Of a stretch of DNA of 64,000 bases, positions 14,790 to 31,904 are shown one piece after another. Made by a program: the position numbers and the translations under genes. The number at the start of each line of letters is the position of its first letter. The first letter of the stretch is position 1. This DNA comes from the human T2T-CHM13v2.0 reference genome, Homo sapiens: assembly GCF_009914755.1 (NCBI RefSeq), contig NC_060930.1; one strand, given 5' to 3'. The notes beneath the pieces were generated by a model, which saw nothing but the letters and a program-made list of their open reading frames with translations, was not told the origin of the DNA and searched no databases.

Positions 14790-15130
14790 TTCTTCCATAT
14801 ATATTTTTAAGCCTCTCTAATCTAAACATGTTGCCCCCATTCCCTTTTTATTTCACATGATGGATTTGTTGAAGAACCAGGGTCATTTAGCCTGCAGAGC
14901 TTCTCGCAGCCTAAATGTCACTGATTGCATCCTTGTAGTGTTGGTTAGCATGTTCCTCTACCCTGTGTATTTCTGCTAAGTTAGTAGTTGGACCTAGAGG
15001 CTTGATCACATTCAGGTTTGAGTTTTTCTCCTAGATGATAGGTAGTGGTGCTCTTCCATCAGGAGCCACATATTTTCTAATTGTTTCTCTTTGTGTTGTC
15101 AGTAGCTGTTGTTATTAATTCATGCTTTGT
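14790..15130 (-). mobile_element. Old L1MC-type 3' fragment
   Basis: ttgttgaagaaccagggtcattt; gttggacctagaggcttgatcacattcaggttt. Confidence 0.55.
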
Positions 15131-15402
15131 TTTGATGTCTCCAGGCTCTGCTCCATGGCCTTGCATCTGGTTTTGCCTCTGTGCTCAGCCCTCTGGAATG
15201 AGAATTATTCAAAACATGATATATCTGTATAATGGGAAATTATTTGGCCATGAAAAGAAATAGATTCTGTTTTTCTGATATCCCTGGGCCCTACCCTCTC
15301 AGTATACACATCCAACCCCAGTCTCCTGCCTCCAGGCCAGGCTCTCAGAACCTGTTCTGATTTTTAACCCAGATTAGGTAATTAAGTATTTGCAGAATTC
15401 TT

Positions 15403-15729
15403 TTATTAATTAATTAATTTATTTTGAGACGGGGTCTCTGTTGCCCTGACTGGAGTGTAGTGGCATGATCACACCTGTAATCCTAGCACTTTAGGAGGCC
15501 AAGGTGGGCAGATTGCTTGAGGTCAGGAGTTTAAGGCCAGCCTGGGCAACATGGCGAAAACTCATCTCTACAAAAAGTACAAAAATTAGCCGGGCATGGT
15601 GGCAGCATCAACCTCCGGGGCTCGGGTGATGCTTTCACCTTAGCCTCCCAAGTAGCTGGGACTACAGGCATGTGTCACCATGCCTCCCAAAGTGCTAGGA
15701 TTACAGGTGTGAGCCGTCACACCTGGCTG
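15403..15729 (-). mobile_element. AluJ with internal inverted segment (15470-15604 on +)
   Basis: Mixed-orientation Alu pieces between TSD gtatttg(c/t)agaattctt at 15386-15402 and 15730-15746. Confidence 0.9.
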
Positions 15730-15944
15730 GTATTTGTAGAATTCTTGTTTGGCAGCCATGAACTATTATGGAAAGGAAAGATCTTTCCAGACTCATCTCA
15801 TTGCCTGGCTCAGAGACCTGTCTTGAGGCCTTCTCCATAGTGGATCTGGTCACACTTGGTGAAAGCAGGTGACCAGAGAGACATTTCTGAGCTCAGAGGA
15901 AAGAACACACTAGGATAGCTTGGAAGTATCATAAAGATTTTGTC

Positions 15945-16375
15945 ATTATGGCAGCTGAATTCTGCATTTGATATGTGTTCACCAAGATGCATTTCCCTTA
16001 TCTCCTCGGCATAGGAGGCCTTGTCCCCCAGCGTCTTTTGAATTAGATGTGTCCATGTGACTTAGTTCTGGCCAATGGATTGTGGCTAAATTATATTACT
16101 CAGGTCTGGTGCATGAACACCAACAAAGGGATTCCCAGTCCCTCCTTTCCCATCTTTTAGCTCCATGGAAGGATCTAGCAGAGGACTTAGAGTCCTAAGA
16201 GTATGGCAGAGACACAAGATGGAAGGACCCTGGGTCACTGAATGACCACATGGAAGCCTGCTCTGTTGCACTGGACTTTGTGAGAGAGAGAAATGATTTT
16301 TTATTGAGTTAAACCATTGTAATTTAAGGATTGCTTGTTATAGCAACTGATGTCACTTATTCTCACTTATACAAG
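15945..16375 (+). mobile_element. MaLR LTR (MLT1I/J-like)
   Basis: catgtgacttagttctggccaatgg; caagatggaaggaccctgggtcactgaatgac. Confidence 0.65.
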
Positions 16376-17167
16376 CCTTTTGAAGAGTGAGAAAGTGGCT
16401 CATGGTGAAAGTAGAGCAAAGAAAAGCAAACTCTACCAGGCTTCTCCAAGGCACAGTAATTGGGGCTTGACCACTTCTAATTACCTCAATGAATCATTTC
16501 TGAAGGTCATGGCTTTCTGATTACCTGAGCACTCCTCATGTGTGGGGTACAGACTTTGGAGAAGAAGAAATAAATCACTAACTGAATAATGCCAGGGGTG
16601 CTTTTGAGGCTGAAGAAATTGTGGAAGGAGCAGGGCAGTAAAATCATGGCCTATCCACTCTAGAAGTGGCTCAGGAGTCCCTGAATCACCGATGGGGCAG
16701 AGTCTGGCTTGATGGGCAGAAAGTTATTGTATTAACAGTTGTGACAAAGAAAATGATAACCCTAAGGTCTCAGAGTAAGGACTGATAGAAATCATCCCAG
16801 ATCTGAAACTCCAATCTCACCGTTGGCTGACTCCATCTGACTTTATGTGTTCATTCATATGTGTCTTGAGCAGAGAATGTTAGATCCCATCTGTGAGTGA
16901 CTGTAGGACATCTGTTAGTTTAACAGCATGTGCTCTTCATGGAGCTGTCTTCCTTCTTCCTTGGGAGACTTTCCTTTTAAAAATCTTTACAAAGACCCCA
17001 TCTTCTTTCTAATGGTGTGTTTCAGGCTTCAGTGGTCATATGGATAATCTGGACTTGGTCTTATTTCATCATCTTTACTCTTTAGACTTTTAGACATCTG
17101 GTGATTTAACTTCAGGTGAGATGAGCATTCTAGGTCACAGCTTTGGTTAGTTTCTGCTACTTTTTGT

Positions 17168-17168
<1 letters not shown>

Positions 17169-17200
<32 letters not shown>
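17169..17200. repeat. (CA)n microsatellite
   Basis: About 16 perfect AC units. Confidence 0.95.
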
Positions 17201-17202
<2 letters not shown>

Positions 17203-17261
17203 ATTCATACTCCAAAAGCTTCAAGATAGACAGTTGAGTATAGTAGTCAAGAGAGGCCTTT

Positions 17262-18575
17262 GGGATGCCAAGACCATTCAGTGGGGAAGGAATAGTCTTT
17301 TCAACAAATGGTGCTGTGACAACTGGATATTCACATGCAGAAGAATAAAGTTGGACCACTAGCTCACACTATATAAAAAATTAACTCAAAGTGGATTATA
17401 GACCTAAATATAAAATCTAAAACCTTAAAATTCTTAGAGTAAAACATAGGAGCAAATCTTCGTGGCCTTGAGTTAGGCAAAGCCTTCTCAGATATGACAT
17501 CAAACATACAGCAACGAGAGAAAAAAAATAAACTTAACTACACAAAAAGTAAAATGTTTGTGCTTCAAAGGACATCATCTAGAAACTGAAAAGACAATCA
17601 ACAGAATGGGGGGAAAATTTGCAAATTGTATGATAAGAAACATATATTAATATTAAAACCCCTTACAACTTAACAATAACAAGAAAGATAACCATTTTTA
17701 ATGGGCAGAGGATTTGAATAGACATTTCTAGAAAGGAAATATATATACAAATGGCCAATAAGCACATGAAAAGATGCTCAACATCATTAGTTAATAAGAA
17801 AATGCAAATGAAAACCACAGTGAGATACCACTTCACATCTGCTATGATTACGTCCGGTTCACATCCACCATAATCAAAACAATGGAAAATAATAAGTGTT
17901 GGTAAGGATGTGGAGAAATCAGACCCCTTATGCATTGAGGTGGGGATGTAACATGGTGCAGCTACTTTGAAAAACAGTGTGACAGCTCCTCAAAAAGTTC
18001 AACATAGAGTTACCGTGTGATTTAGTAATTCCACTCCAAGGTGCATAACCAAGAGAAAGAAAAACCTGTACAGAAATGTTCAGGGTGGCATTATTTGTAA
18101 CAGCCCCAAAGTGGAAATAACCCAAATGCCCATCAATTGATCAATGGATAAATAAAATACAGTATATCTGTACAATGGAATATTATCTGGCCATAATAAT
18201 AAATAGAAATAAATGAAATACTGATACATGCTACAACATAGGTGAACCTGAAAAACATTCTAAGTGAAAAAAGCCAGACACAAAAAGTCACATACTGCAT
18301 GCTTCCATTTACATGAAATGTACAGAATGGGCAAATTCATAGAGATAGAAATTAGATTAGTGATTGCCAGGGGCTGGGAGAACAAGGAAGTTGGGCATGT
18401 CTGCAAATGTGTATAGGGTTTCTTTTGAGGAGTAATGAAAACATTCTTGGATTAGATAGTGATGAGAATTGCACAACTCTGTGAATATCCTTTAAAAAAC
18501 CACAGAATTGTACACTTTAAGGGGGTTAATTATATGGTATTTGAATTATATATCAATAAATCTGTTTACAAAAAA
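17262..18575 (+). mobile_element. L1MB-type 3' portion (ORF2 end plus 3' UTR)
   Basis: ttcaacaaatggtgctg; aagcacatgaaaagatgctcaacatcattag; ends aataaatctgtttacaaaaaa. Confidence 0.85.
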
Positions 18576-18584
18576 GAGAGAGGG

Positions 18585-18810
18585 TTCTCTAGAGCCAGAC
18601 TGCTTGAGTTCAAACCCCAGCATTTTTTGTTGCTATGTGTGTGATCTTTGCCTAGTCTCTTGCCCACTCTGTGCCTCAGTTTCCTCATGTGTAAAATGAA
18701 GATGATAGTAGTAACTGCCTCATATGGTTGTTGTGAGGATTGCATGAGTTAATGGAATGGCTCCTGGCCCAGAGCAAACACTCCATCAGAGTTACCTACT
18801 GCTTTTACTG
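18585..18810 (+). mobile_element. MIR
   Basis: gagccagactgcttgagttcaaacccc ... gcctcagtttcctcatgtgtaaaatg ... gttgtgaggatt. Confidence 0.85.
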
Positions 18811-20509
18811 TTAATGACGAATGTCATGCAGTACAATAATCCAGGCCACATGCCCATAAATCAAGGGCCAAAGAAGACTTATAAAATCTTGTCAGCAGGG
18901 AGGGCTTGGTTCAGGGTGAGGTCCACAAGCAGGATCATGGCCTGGAGATCTGGGTAGCTTCCACATTGAAAGAACCACTCAAGAAAACTGTAGGGTGCTT
19001 AGTACATCCAAACATACATAAATACAGAGTCTGGCTCAAGATTTTTGGCCAGAGTCCCTTGAGAGTTATGAATCCCTCTTTGAACAATGGCAGCTATTAT
19101 TAAAATCTAGAGACTTTGAGTTGGATTCTTTCTCCAGCCCAGACACTGATTCAGAACTGCAACATTCTAAACAGTGAGGCTAGAAACTGATGCCATTTCT
19201 GAGCTGATTTATTGAGAGGTTTCTTGATTTGGGTCAGGTTCCTGCAACATTTGGAAAGTGACGACTATAGCATCATTATTTCCCCCAAATGACCAAAATT
19301 ATAGCCGGTAACTTGAGGCCAGTAAATTTCCCTGCAGCAGATGTTAAACTGTTTTAAAAGATGATTAACAATGGGGGACTTAGGCCCTATGGCAGAGCAA
19401 AATGGGCTGGTGTTGCTGAAGTCAACGTGTGAGGTAAGGGGCACATCCAGACCCCTGTGGTGGGGAGCCCAGGTTGGAGACTGTAAAAGCTCACAGGTTG
19501 TGGTGTAAATCAAGCCTGTGGTCCTGGGTGGCTGAACATGTGGTTCTGTGACAAGAGACCTAGCCTGGACGTTGGGAAGCCTGGGTTCCATGCTTGCTTC
19601 TGTCAGAATGTGACTCAGGGCAAACTATTTCTCTTCTCTGGGATACAGTATCCCCATCCTTTAACATAAGGACAGGTCACATTAGGCAGTCTCTAAGGTG
19701 TTTTGTGAGCTTTAGACTGATTTATTCTGTTACTTAAGAAAGCAGATGAATTATCCTTTCACCTCCATAAGAATCTGTGAATTTTAGATAAAATGACCAC
19801 AAAAGAATCAAGATGGGTTATACAATTTTGTGATGCTCACTTCACATCACAACACTGGAAAGTATGGGAGTGAAAAGGAGTGAGGACGGACCCAGAGAGG
19901 CCACCCTTAGGATACCCAGACCAGGTCACTGGAAGCAGACACGAATGCTTTGCTGGTCTAGGACACCATCCCGTTGAAGTCTCCTTGAGAAATGCTATGC
20001 AGTTTTCACTCATCTTTCCAGCTGTCAAGTTCTCTACCTGTTCATCTCTGTTCCTTATTTCCTAAAGGGCTGTCATCTACCCATTACATTTGTGGATCAA
20101 CTACTCATAGTGTATACCTACGCATATTTATACGTACACATACGTACAAACAATTGTTGGCTAGAATTGAATGGTGTTCCCATGAACTTCCCCAGTGAGG
20201 ATGTCCTGGGACCCCTTCCCCATCAACTCCCACCTCTCCAACCATCCTCCCAGCTCAAGGTCACTGGAGAGTGGAAAGGAATTAATCCGATAGACATGAG
20301 TATTGAGATCCTTTGGAAAAGTCCTGAAGGATCTTTTCTTTTTACATCCCTTCATCTTTTCCCCCCACATTAAGGAAAAATGGCCTGGGTCCTGTACCTC
20401 ACAGCACTTCAGCCATGGAGCTCTGGGAAGTAAAACTTGAGTTCTCCCAGAATCCCTCTGCTGTATTATAAGATTCAACACAGCAACCCCCTCAGAAGAA
20501 TCACCCATT

Positions 20510-20740
20510 ATTTATTCATTCAATAAATATTTATTGAGCACTTACTAAGTGCCAGTTTCAGTGCTGGCCGTGGAGATATAACACTGTGCCAGTAGACAGG
20601 AAAGAGCCTGGAATGTTCTAGGAAATGAAAGAAGTCCAGTGTAAGAAGCAATATAAATGAGGGGGAGAGTGATATAGGACAAGACTGAAAAGGTAGCAGA
20701 GGTCAGACCACAGAGGGTCAAGGTGACCTGAGAGATCAGT
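20510..20740 (-). mobile_element. L2 fragments
   Basis: ttcattcaataaatatttattgagcacttacta; gaggtcagaccacagaggg. Confidence 0.6.
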
Positions 20741-20929
20741 TTCCCCACCCACTGTCCTGAGGGCACTGGGACACACAAGAGACCGGGTTGAGAGAGTCCA
20801 TGGGGAGGTGGGGCATCCCATGGACATTTCTTGGATCTCTCAGACTAAATTCTTAAGACAGTTTTAAACACAATGAAAATTGGCTTCTTAATGAAGTGAA
20901 TTATTGAATGCACATGTGAAATATCTGGA

Positions 20930-21120
20930 ACAGAAGAAGGCATGTAGGGTTTGGATTCAGACTTGAATTTGAATCTGGGCTCTGCAAATTTCTGGGTGAT
21001 TTGGGGCAGGCTACCTAACATTTTCGACTTGAGTTTCTCTCATCTGTATGGTAAAGGCAGCAGTGTATCTCTCATGGTTCCTTAGGAGATGATCCACAGG
21101 TTGTGTTTGCACCACCTATA
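20930..21120 (+). mobile_element. MIR
   Basis: tttgaatctgggctctgc ... agtttctctcatctgta. Confidence 0.6.
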
Positions 21121-21708
21121 GTTGCATGCAGTTGATACCCCGCCTCCCACACCAAGCTCCTATCTACCCTATGGACATGAACATATTATCGTTCTCAGTT
21201 GCAAGCCACAGCATCTACTCTGGCTAGTTTAAACAGAAAATGAATGTATTGAGAGATATTGGCTAACTCCCAGACTTGGGAGGGCTGGAGAAACACATTT
21301 AGGACTGAGCATCGAGGAACACTCTGAGAACCATGCTGCAGAACTGACCAGATCTGGAAGCTGCTTCCCCCACAAATGACCTAGAACCACTCAGCCACAG
21401 ATGAACTTACTACCCATGCTGTTAAGAATGGAAACCCCGAGCCACAGAAGTTTCTGGCACTTGGGGATTTTAGGCATGTATTCCAGGCAACATTCTGTTC
21501 ACAAAATATCTGGGTAATAAAAGACTGGAAGCCCCCTGCTATTTCTGGCCACACCCACTTGAGGTACCCCTGTTGGCTCTTCCTAAGCTGGTCATCTGAT
21601 TCTCCACAAGCTTAGTTTGGGGGCTGCACATTCTGTAACCAAGAATTTTGGTTATATGCCGGTGATTGATGTCAGTCTGTCTCAGAGCTCCTCGTAATTT
21701 TCTTACCT

Positions 21709-21991
21709 TTTCAATCTCTAGTAGGTTACGAAGATTAATTGTACCATATGCACTTTTCTTTTATAAAGCAGCTGCCCTCCTCTCTCTGTCTCAACCTGTC
21801 TCTCTCTCCCATCCCCAGGTCTTCTGCCTGTCACTCTTTATTTCAATCTCCAGTAGGTTATGAAGATTAATTGTACCATATGCACTTTTCTTTTTTAAAG
21901 CAGCTGCTCTTTTTTCTCTCTCTCTCTCCCTCCCTCCCTTCTTCCCTCTCTCCCTCCCTCCCCCACCAGGTCTTCTGTCTCTCACTCTTTA
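21709..21991. repeat. Two-copy tandem duplication (132-bp and 151-bp units)
   Basis: tttcaatctc(t/c)agtaggtta(c/t)gaagattaattgtaccatatgcacttttc starts at both 21709 and 21841. Confidence 0.95.
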
Positions 21992-22264
21992 TTTCTCTTT
22001 CTCCTTCTTCATTTTCTTAAAACCAAACCAAATCACACACTTACTTCTTGAGACATCTTTGCTGTCATGGGCCTAACCCTGATACATGCTACAACATAGG
22101 TAGCATGTATCATCTATGTAGCCCAGAGCAGGGCTGTGGCTTGTCTGAGGTCACACGGCCAGCTGAAGGTCCTTGTGACCTGCAGAGGTGGAATCAGAGG
22201 CTCTGGATTCTTGTTTCAGCCCAGCCACCAACAAGGTGGGAATGCTTGGCAGGGCACTTCCTGT

Positions 22265-22750
22265 ACTAGTCAAGACTGCAAGCTGTAGATGACAGAAACC
22301 CAGCTGGAACTAGCCTTGGAAAAAGAGACTTTGATCACTCATGCAGTCTGGAAAGGTACAGGTGGGGTGGGGAGGTAGCAGTCAGGGACTTGAAGTCACC
22401 AGAAGTCTCTCTGTGGCTTTGTTCCACTTTTTCCTACCTTGGATGGGAATTTTCTACACAATGAGGCCATGGCTGTTGCCTGCTTTTGTTTCACATTTCC
22501 CAGAGTTAGCCCACTGAAAAGGAAACAGCTTCTCTCTTAGCTCCAGGTTAAACTGTCCAAGCAAGGTCTTTGGTCATGTGACTTACTCTTTGGAACAATC
22601 ACAGGGCCAGCCAAGTGTGATTGGCTGAGTTTGACAAACCACCATGGCCAGGGACATGGGGTCATGCTGGTCTGAGAGGGAAAGGGGGACAGGGCCCCAA
22701 AGAAGGTGGGTGGGAGCACAGATATGACCACAGGGGAGTCATTGACAGTC
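22265..22750. mobile_element. Ancient ERVL LTR (LTR33/LTR16-like)
   Basis: gacagaaacccagctggaactagc; ggtcatgtgac; gattggctgag; accatggccaggg. Confidence 0.4.
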
Positions 22751-24709
22751 AGGTGGCCCCACGATTTGTGTGGGCTCCACTTTCTCTAGGTTTGCTCTAC
22801 CCATGTCTCCTGTGCATTACTATGGGGGTGGGGAGGTCTAAAGTGGGACAAATAAGGTGCACTTAAAGAGAGGTCCCCACTGAGTTTCCTAGAAGAAAGA
22901 ATGCCTTAACACCCATTGTCCCATGGATATGGGCTAATTCATTCTTGTCATCTGGAAGAGAACAGAATCCTGAGGAAATGAGACACAGGACTGGTCATTT
23001 TTACGGCGGGACAAGAAATCAGAGTGGTATCTTAGAAGTGTTGGGGGCACAGAACTGTGTCTTCTCCTGCCAGCAATACCAAAACCCAAGTCCACTCCCT
23101 GGTCCTTGAAGTTTTTCCTGTTTTGCTCACTAAACCATACGTTCTAGCTCGATAACAGGCTCTTTTAGGAAATAATAGCATTGCTCTCTAAACTGAAAGC
23201 ATCGGACTCTGGCCTGAGAGTACTGTTGTTATTATGGTTATTATTATTTGAAGTGTGCTAATAAAAACACAGCTTCAGGACCCTAAAGTGATTTTATTGC
23301 ACTACTGTAGACTAGTCATTGAGTACCTCTTAAATTTAAAGTGCTTTGTTTGATTGGCTTTTCAGATTAATTGGTTGGCTAACAAGAAATCTTTTTGTTT
23401 GTTTGCTTAAAATCTTAGGGATGAAAATCCTGATGGAACTTATTAGTCCCTATCCCTGTATCAGCAAGAAGAATGTAGCAAAGAGAAAATCTCTGGAGGC
23501 TGGAAGGCTTAGGCAGACAGCAGGTATGAAGCCATTGGCGCGCTCTGAAATTTATCTTTTGTCTATTTTTTTAGTATATCCTAGTCCAACAGTATCTGCC
23601 TTTGTCATATTCTCTACCATTTCTTGACATTTTTTGTCAAAGATAAACCTTTATTATTTTATCATTAGTCACTGGCCACAGGAATTCACTTTTTCAGTTA
23701 TCTATGCTGCTTCTAAAATGCTACATCGATGGCTGCTCCAGCTTTGTTCTGGGTTCGTGCCTGCCTAGAAACCAGTGACTCTGGGTGTAAACAGCGAGGG
23801 GGTGAGACACTGCTGAATTCCAGATTTGCTGAAATCTGGCTGGGACACATTGGGGGCAAATGTCGGTCAACCTCACACACTCAAGGCAGTGCCTTGTGGG
23901 GTAACAGCTCCAGAAGGGAAGGAAGGTTGCGTTTAACTAATCCCAGTGTTTATTCCGGAAGCTGAGCTTTTAAAGAAAATGCAGATGATTTCCCTCTGAA
24001 AGCGTAGACATTGTATAACCTCAAGTTCTGGTTACCCAAGGATTTACTATATTGTAGAGACTGGAAGGGGTCGGGGTGGAGAGAATTTGGAGTAGGTTGT
24101 TATGAAACAAGAAGCATGGACAAAAGCCAGGTACAGCCATGCCTTAAAGATGCACTGATGAACTCAGACTGTCTTCAGAAAGCCTTCTCTGGCATGGACC
24201 CTCTCCTTGACACTCCACTTTTGATTGCATTAGGGGGATGTTGCATTTATCCAAATCTCGAACACTCACTGAAGAAAAAAAACAAACTTCCTTTAGAGAC
24301 ATCAAATAGAAAGGGACCCTCACATCCCATTCAAGGCCATATAGGGCCTAGTCACAGCACTTTCACAAATCGGGAGGACTTGTTGCCCATAGACCAGGCA
24401 TTAAACAAAGCTGAGCTTTCATTTCTCCATCAGACAGAAGGAAGTCACCTCATGTAAGTGAGGTCAGGCTCCATATGTTTTGTGGCACACGGTATATTGT
24501 TTTAATCTGCCGTGCTGTTTGGGGAGGAGAGGACTACATTGTATGGTTATGTATAGCTGAAAGAGCCCAAAGGTACCATCCCACTGTCCAGACTTCTTCC
24601 TATGGCAGGGACCTGTTGAGTTCTTCCCATCCAGGCTACCCTCCTTTCTGCTTACCTGAATACCAAGCAGGTACCGTCTCTTCTGTGGAGCCTTCCTGGG
24701 CTCCTCAGG

Positions 24710-25900
24710 TCTTCAAGTATATTTTGTCTAATATTAAGTTTGCCTTCCCAGCCTCCTTTTGGTTAGTACTTGACTGATGAATCTTTTTTTCATCCTTTTT
24801 TACTTTCAACTTTTCTGTGTCCTTATGTTTTAGGCGTGTCTTTTATAAGCAGCATATAATTGTTTTTTTTTTAAAAAATTGCAATCTGACAATCCTTGTC
24901 TTTTAAGTGATAATTTTAGTCTTTTTATACTTATGATTACAGACATATTTGGACATACCTATTGTTTTACTTCATACTTTCTATTTGTCCCTGCTTTTTC
25001 TATTATTTTTTTTCTCCTTTCTTGCTCTCTCTTGTTGAATTGTTTGTTTTCTTATTCCATTCCTCCCATTTTCCTACTGATTTGGATGTTATTTTTTCAT
25101 AGAAATTTTGTGAGGCATACTAGACCAACCCCAACTTAATCAATATCTGAACCCTCTTCGCAAATAATACAAGAACCTTGTAAGATATTAACTCTTTGTG
25201 CACACTTTCCAGACATACATGCTTTTATATTCAGTATTTATTTATGTATTTTTAAAATCCTACAAATTAGATATTGTTATAAATTTTATATAGAAATTGT
25301 TTGTTTGGATTCGTATACAGGTTTATTCATCTCTTTGTTTACCAATCCTCTTGCATCTTAGAGCTCCTTTCTGGGATCATTTTACTTCTTCCTAAAGTAT
25401 ATTATTTAGAAGGGTTTTTTTTTTCCTACTAATTGCTTATTGGGTTTACTCTTAACTTTTGCATATCAGGAAATGTCTTGATTTCACCATAGTTCTAAAA
25501 GATAATTTTTCCAGACATACAAATATAGGTAGACAATAATTTTCTCCAAGCATTTTGAAGATTGTTTTCATATTTGCTGCTGAGAATTTTGCTCTCTGGT
25601 TGCTATGCCTTTTTTTGGATTATCTGTCTTCTCTCTCTGGTTGCTTTAATATCTTCTCTTTATTGTTGGTGTTCTACAGTTCATTATCATATGTTCAGAT
25701 TGTGTGCGTGTGTATGTGTATAATCCTACTTAATATAGCTTGTGCTTCTTGTATCTGTGGATTCAGATCTTTCATCAGTTCTAAAGAATGTGAGGCCATT
25801 GTCTCCTTGACAATTGCCTCTTCTCCATCTTATCTTTTCTTCCTTCTGGAATTCTTTTTAGAATTGTCAGCCTCCCTGTTCTCTCTCCCATGTCTCATAA
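24710..25900 (-). mobile_element. Old L1M (L1ME/MC-like) fragment
   Basis: T-rich L1 antisense text: catccttttttactttcaac; agcagcatata; caatctgacaatc. Confidence 0.65.
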
Positions 25901-26999
25901 CTGCCTCTGGTCCCCATGGGTCTTCCTCTGCTCCAGACTCATACAATTTCTAGTTTATACCACTAAAGTTGAATATAGACACGATTTCTTCTGTTATTTC
26001 ATGTTCAATCTGGTCTCCCTAACTAAACTCGAAGCCCCTTGAGTATAGCACCCCTGTCTTATGTACCATTTGTATTCTCATGGCACTTGGCTCAATTCCT
26101 GATATGATGAGTAGTCAGTGAACACCTTATTGATAGAGGCCTATTATTTCATGTTCCCAAATTGTCCCCTAGCTTGAGACTTACACACATGATCTCTTGG
26201 GAGCCAGATGTGTGCTTTGGGCCAGGACATGCCCGTTGTCTCTCTATAAGCCCTGAGAGCTTATAGTGCTTTGTGCAACGTGCCTCAGCTGACTTCCTTG
26301 GATTGTACCTTTTACCCTCATGATCCTTTCAGCACAGAAGGCTTGCCTGCATTATTGAAACTCACCCGTTGTCTTTTCTATCTGGACTTTTCAAGTCAGC
26401 CCTGTTTGGCTGCCACCTCCAGCCCAGAAATATAATTCCAAAGGCCAGCCTTGGAACTACGTGGGAATGAGTGCTGCCTCTGAACAGCAATTTAGAGTTT
26501 GAGCTCTGCCTCTGATGGTCCTATGGGCCTGGGTTCTGAGTCTTAGTTTCTGTATCTGTAAAATAGAAATGATAGAGTTGTGAAAAATAATAGAGATAAT
26601 GAACATTAAAGTGCTTAACAAATGTGAGGTATGGTGGTTATTTGCAAAAACATTAAATGATGGCTATAGACACAGGAAACAGAAAATAGTAGATACATTC
26701 ATCTTTGGAAAAGTAAGGTCAAAACTATATTATTCTGCTTATCTTTTAATGGTTTTTTTTTAAACTTCTGTCAATCTGACTTTTTAAAAATTATTATTAT
26801 ACTTTAAGTTCTAGGGTACATGTGCACAATGTGCAGGTTTGTTACATATGTATACATGTGCCATGTTGGTGTGCTGCACCCATCAACTTGTCATTTACAT
26901 TAGGTATATCTCCTAATGCTATCCCTCCCTCGTCCCCCCACCCCACAACAGGCCCTGGTGTGTGATGTTCCCCTTCCTGTGTCCAACTGTTCTCATTGT

Positions 27000-30824
<3,825 letters not shown>

Positions 30825-30887
30825 TATGATGTTAGCTGGTTATTTTGCTTGTTAGTTGATGCAGTTTCTTCCTAGCCTCGATAGTCT

Positions 30888-31904
30888 TTACAATTTGGCA
30901 TGTTTTTGCAGTGGCTGGTAGCGGTTGTTCCTTTCCATGTTTATTGCTTCCTTCAGGAGCTCTTGTAGGGCAGGCCTGGTGGTGACAAAGTCTCTCAGCA
31001 TTTGCTTGTCTGTAAAGGATTTTATTTCTCCTTCACTTATGAAGCTTAGTTTGGCTGGATATGAAATTCTGGGTTGAAAATTCTTTTCTTTAAGAATGTT
31101 GAATATTGGCCCCCAGTCTCTTCTGGCTTGTAGAGTTTCTGCCAAGAGATCAGCTGTTAGTCTGATGGGCTTCCGTTTTTGGGTAACCCAACCTTTCTTT
31201 CTGGCTGCCCTTAACATTTTTTCCTTCATTTCAACTTTGGTGAATCTGACAATTACATGTCTTGGAGTTGCTCTTCTTGAGGAGTATCTTTGTGGGGTTC
31301 TCTGTATTTCCTGAATTTGAATGTTGGCCTGCCTTGCTAGATTGGGGAAGTTCTCCTGGATAATATCCTGCAGAGTGTTTTTCAACTTGGTTCCATTCTC
31401 CCCATCACTTTCAGGTACACAAATCAGATGTAGATTTGGTCTTTTCACATAGTCCTATATTTCTTGGAGGCTTTGTTTATTTTTTTTTACTCTTTTTTCT
31501 CTAAACTTCTTTTCTTGCTTCATTTCATTCATTTGCTCTTCAATCACTGGTACCCTTTCTTCCAGATGACTGAATTGGCTACTGAGGCTTGTGCATTCAT
31601 CACGTAGTTCTCGTGCCATGGTTTTCAGCTCCATCAGGTCATTTAAGGACTTCTCTACACTGGTTATTCTAGTTAGCCATTTGTCTAATCTTTTTTCAAG
31701 GTTTTTAGCTTCTTTGCGATGTGTTCGAACTTCCTCCTTTAGCTCGGAGAAGTTTGATCATCTGAAGCTTTCTTCTCTCAACTTGTCAAAGTCATTCTCC
31801 GTCCAGCTTTGTTCCGTTGCTGGTGAGGAGCTGCGTTCCTTTGGAGGCGGAGAGGCGCTCTGATTTTTAGAATTTTCAGCTTTTCTGCTCTGTTTTTTCC
31901 CCAT
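30888..31904 (-). pseudogene. L1 ORF1 (1017 nt) with nonsense mutations
   Basis: Starts MGKKQSRKAENSKNQ and ends QKHAKL; in-frame stops at 31758-31760 (CGA>TGA) and 31455-31457 (TGG>TAG). Confidence 0.95.

Noticed and set aside
24011-24457. 148-aa ORF in unique DNA
   Set aside because: TTG start, no recognisable domain and no supporting exon chain; consistent with chance.
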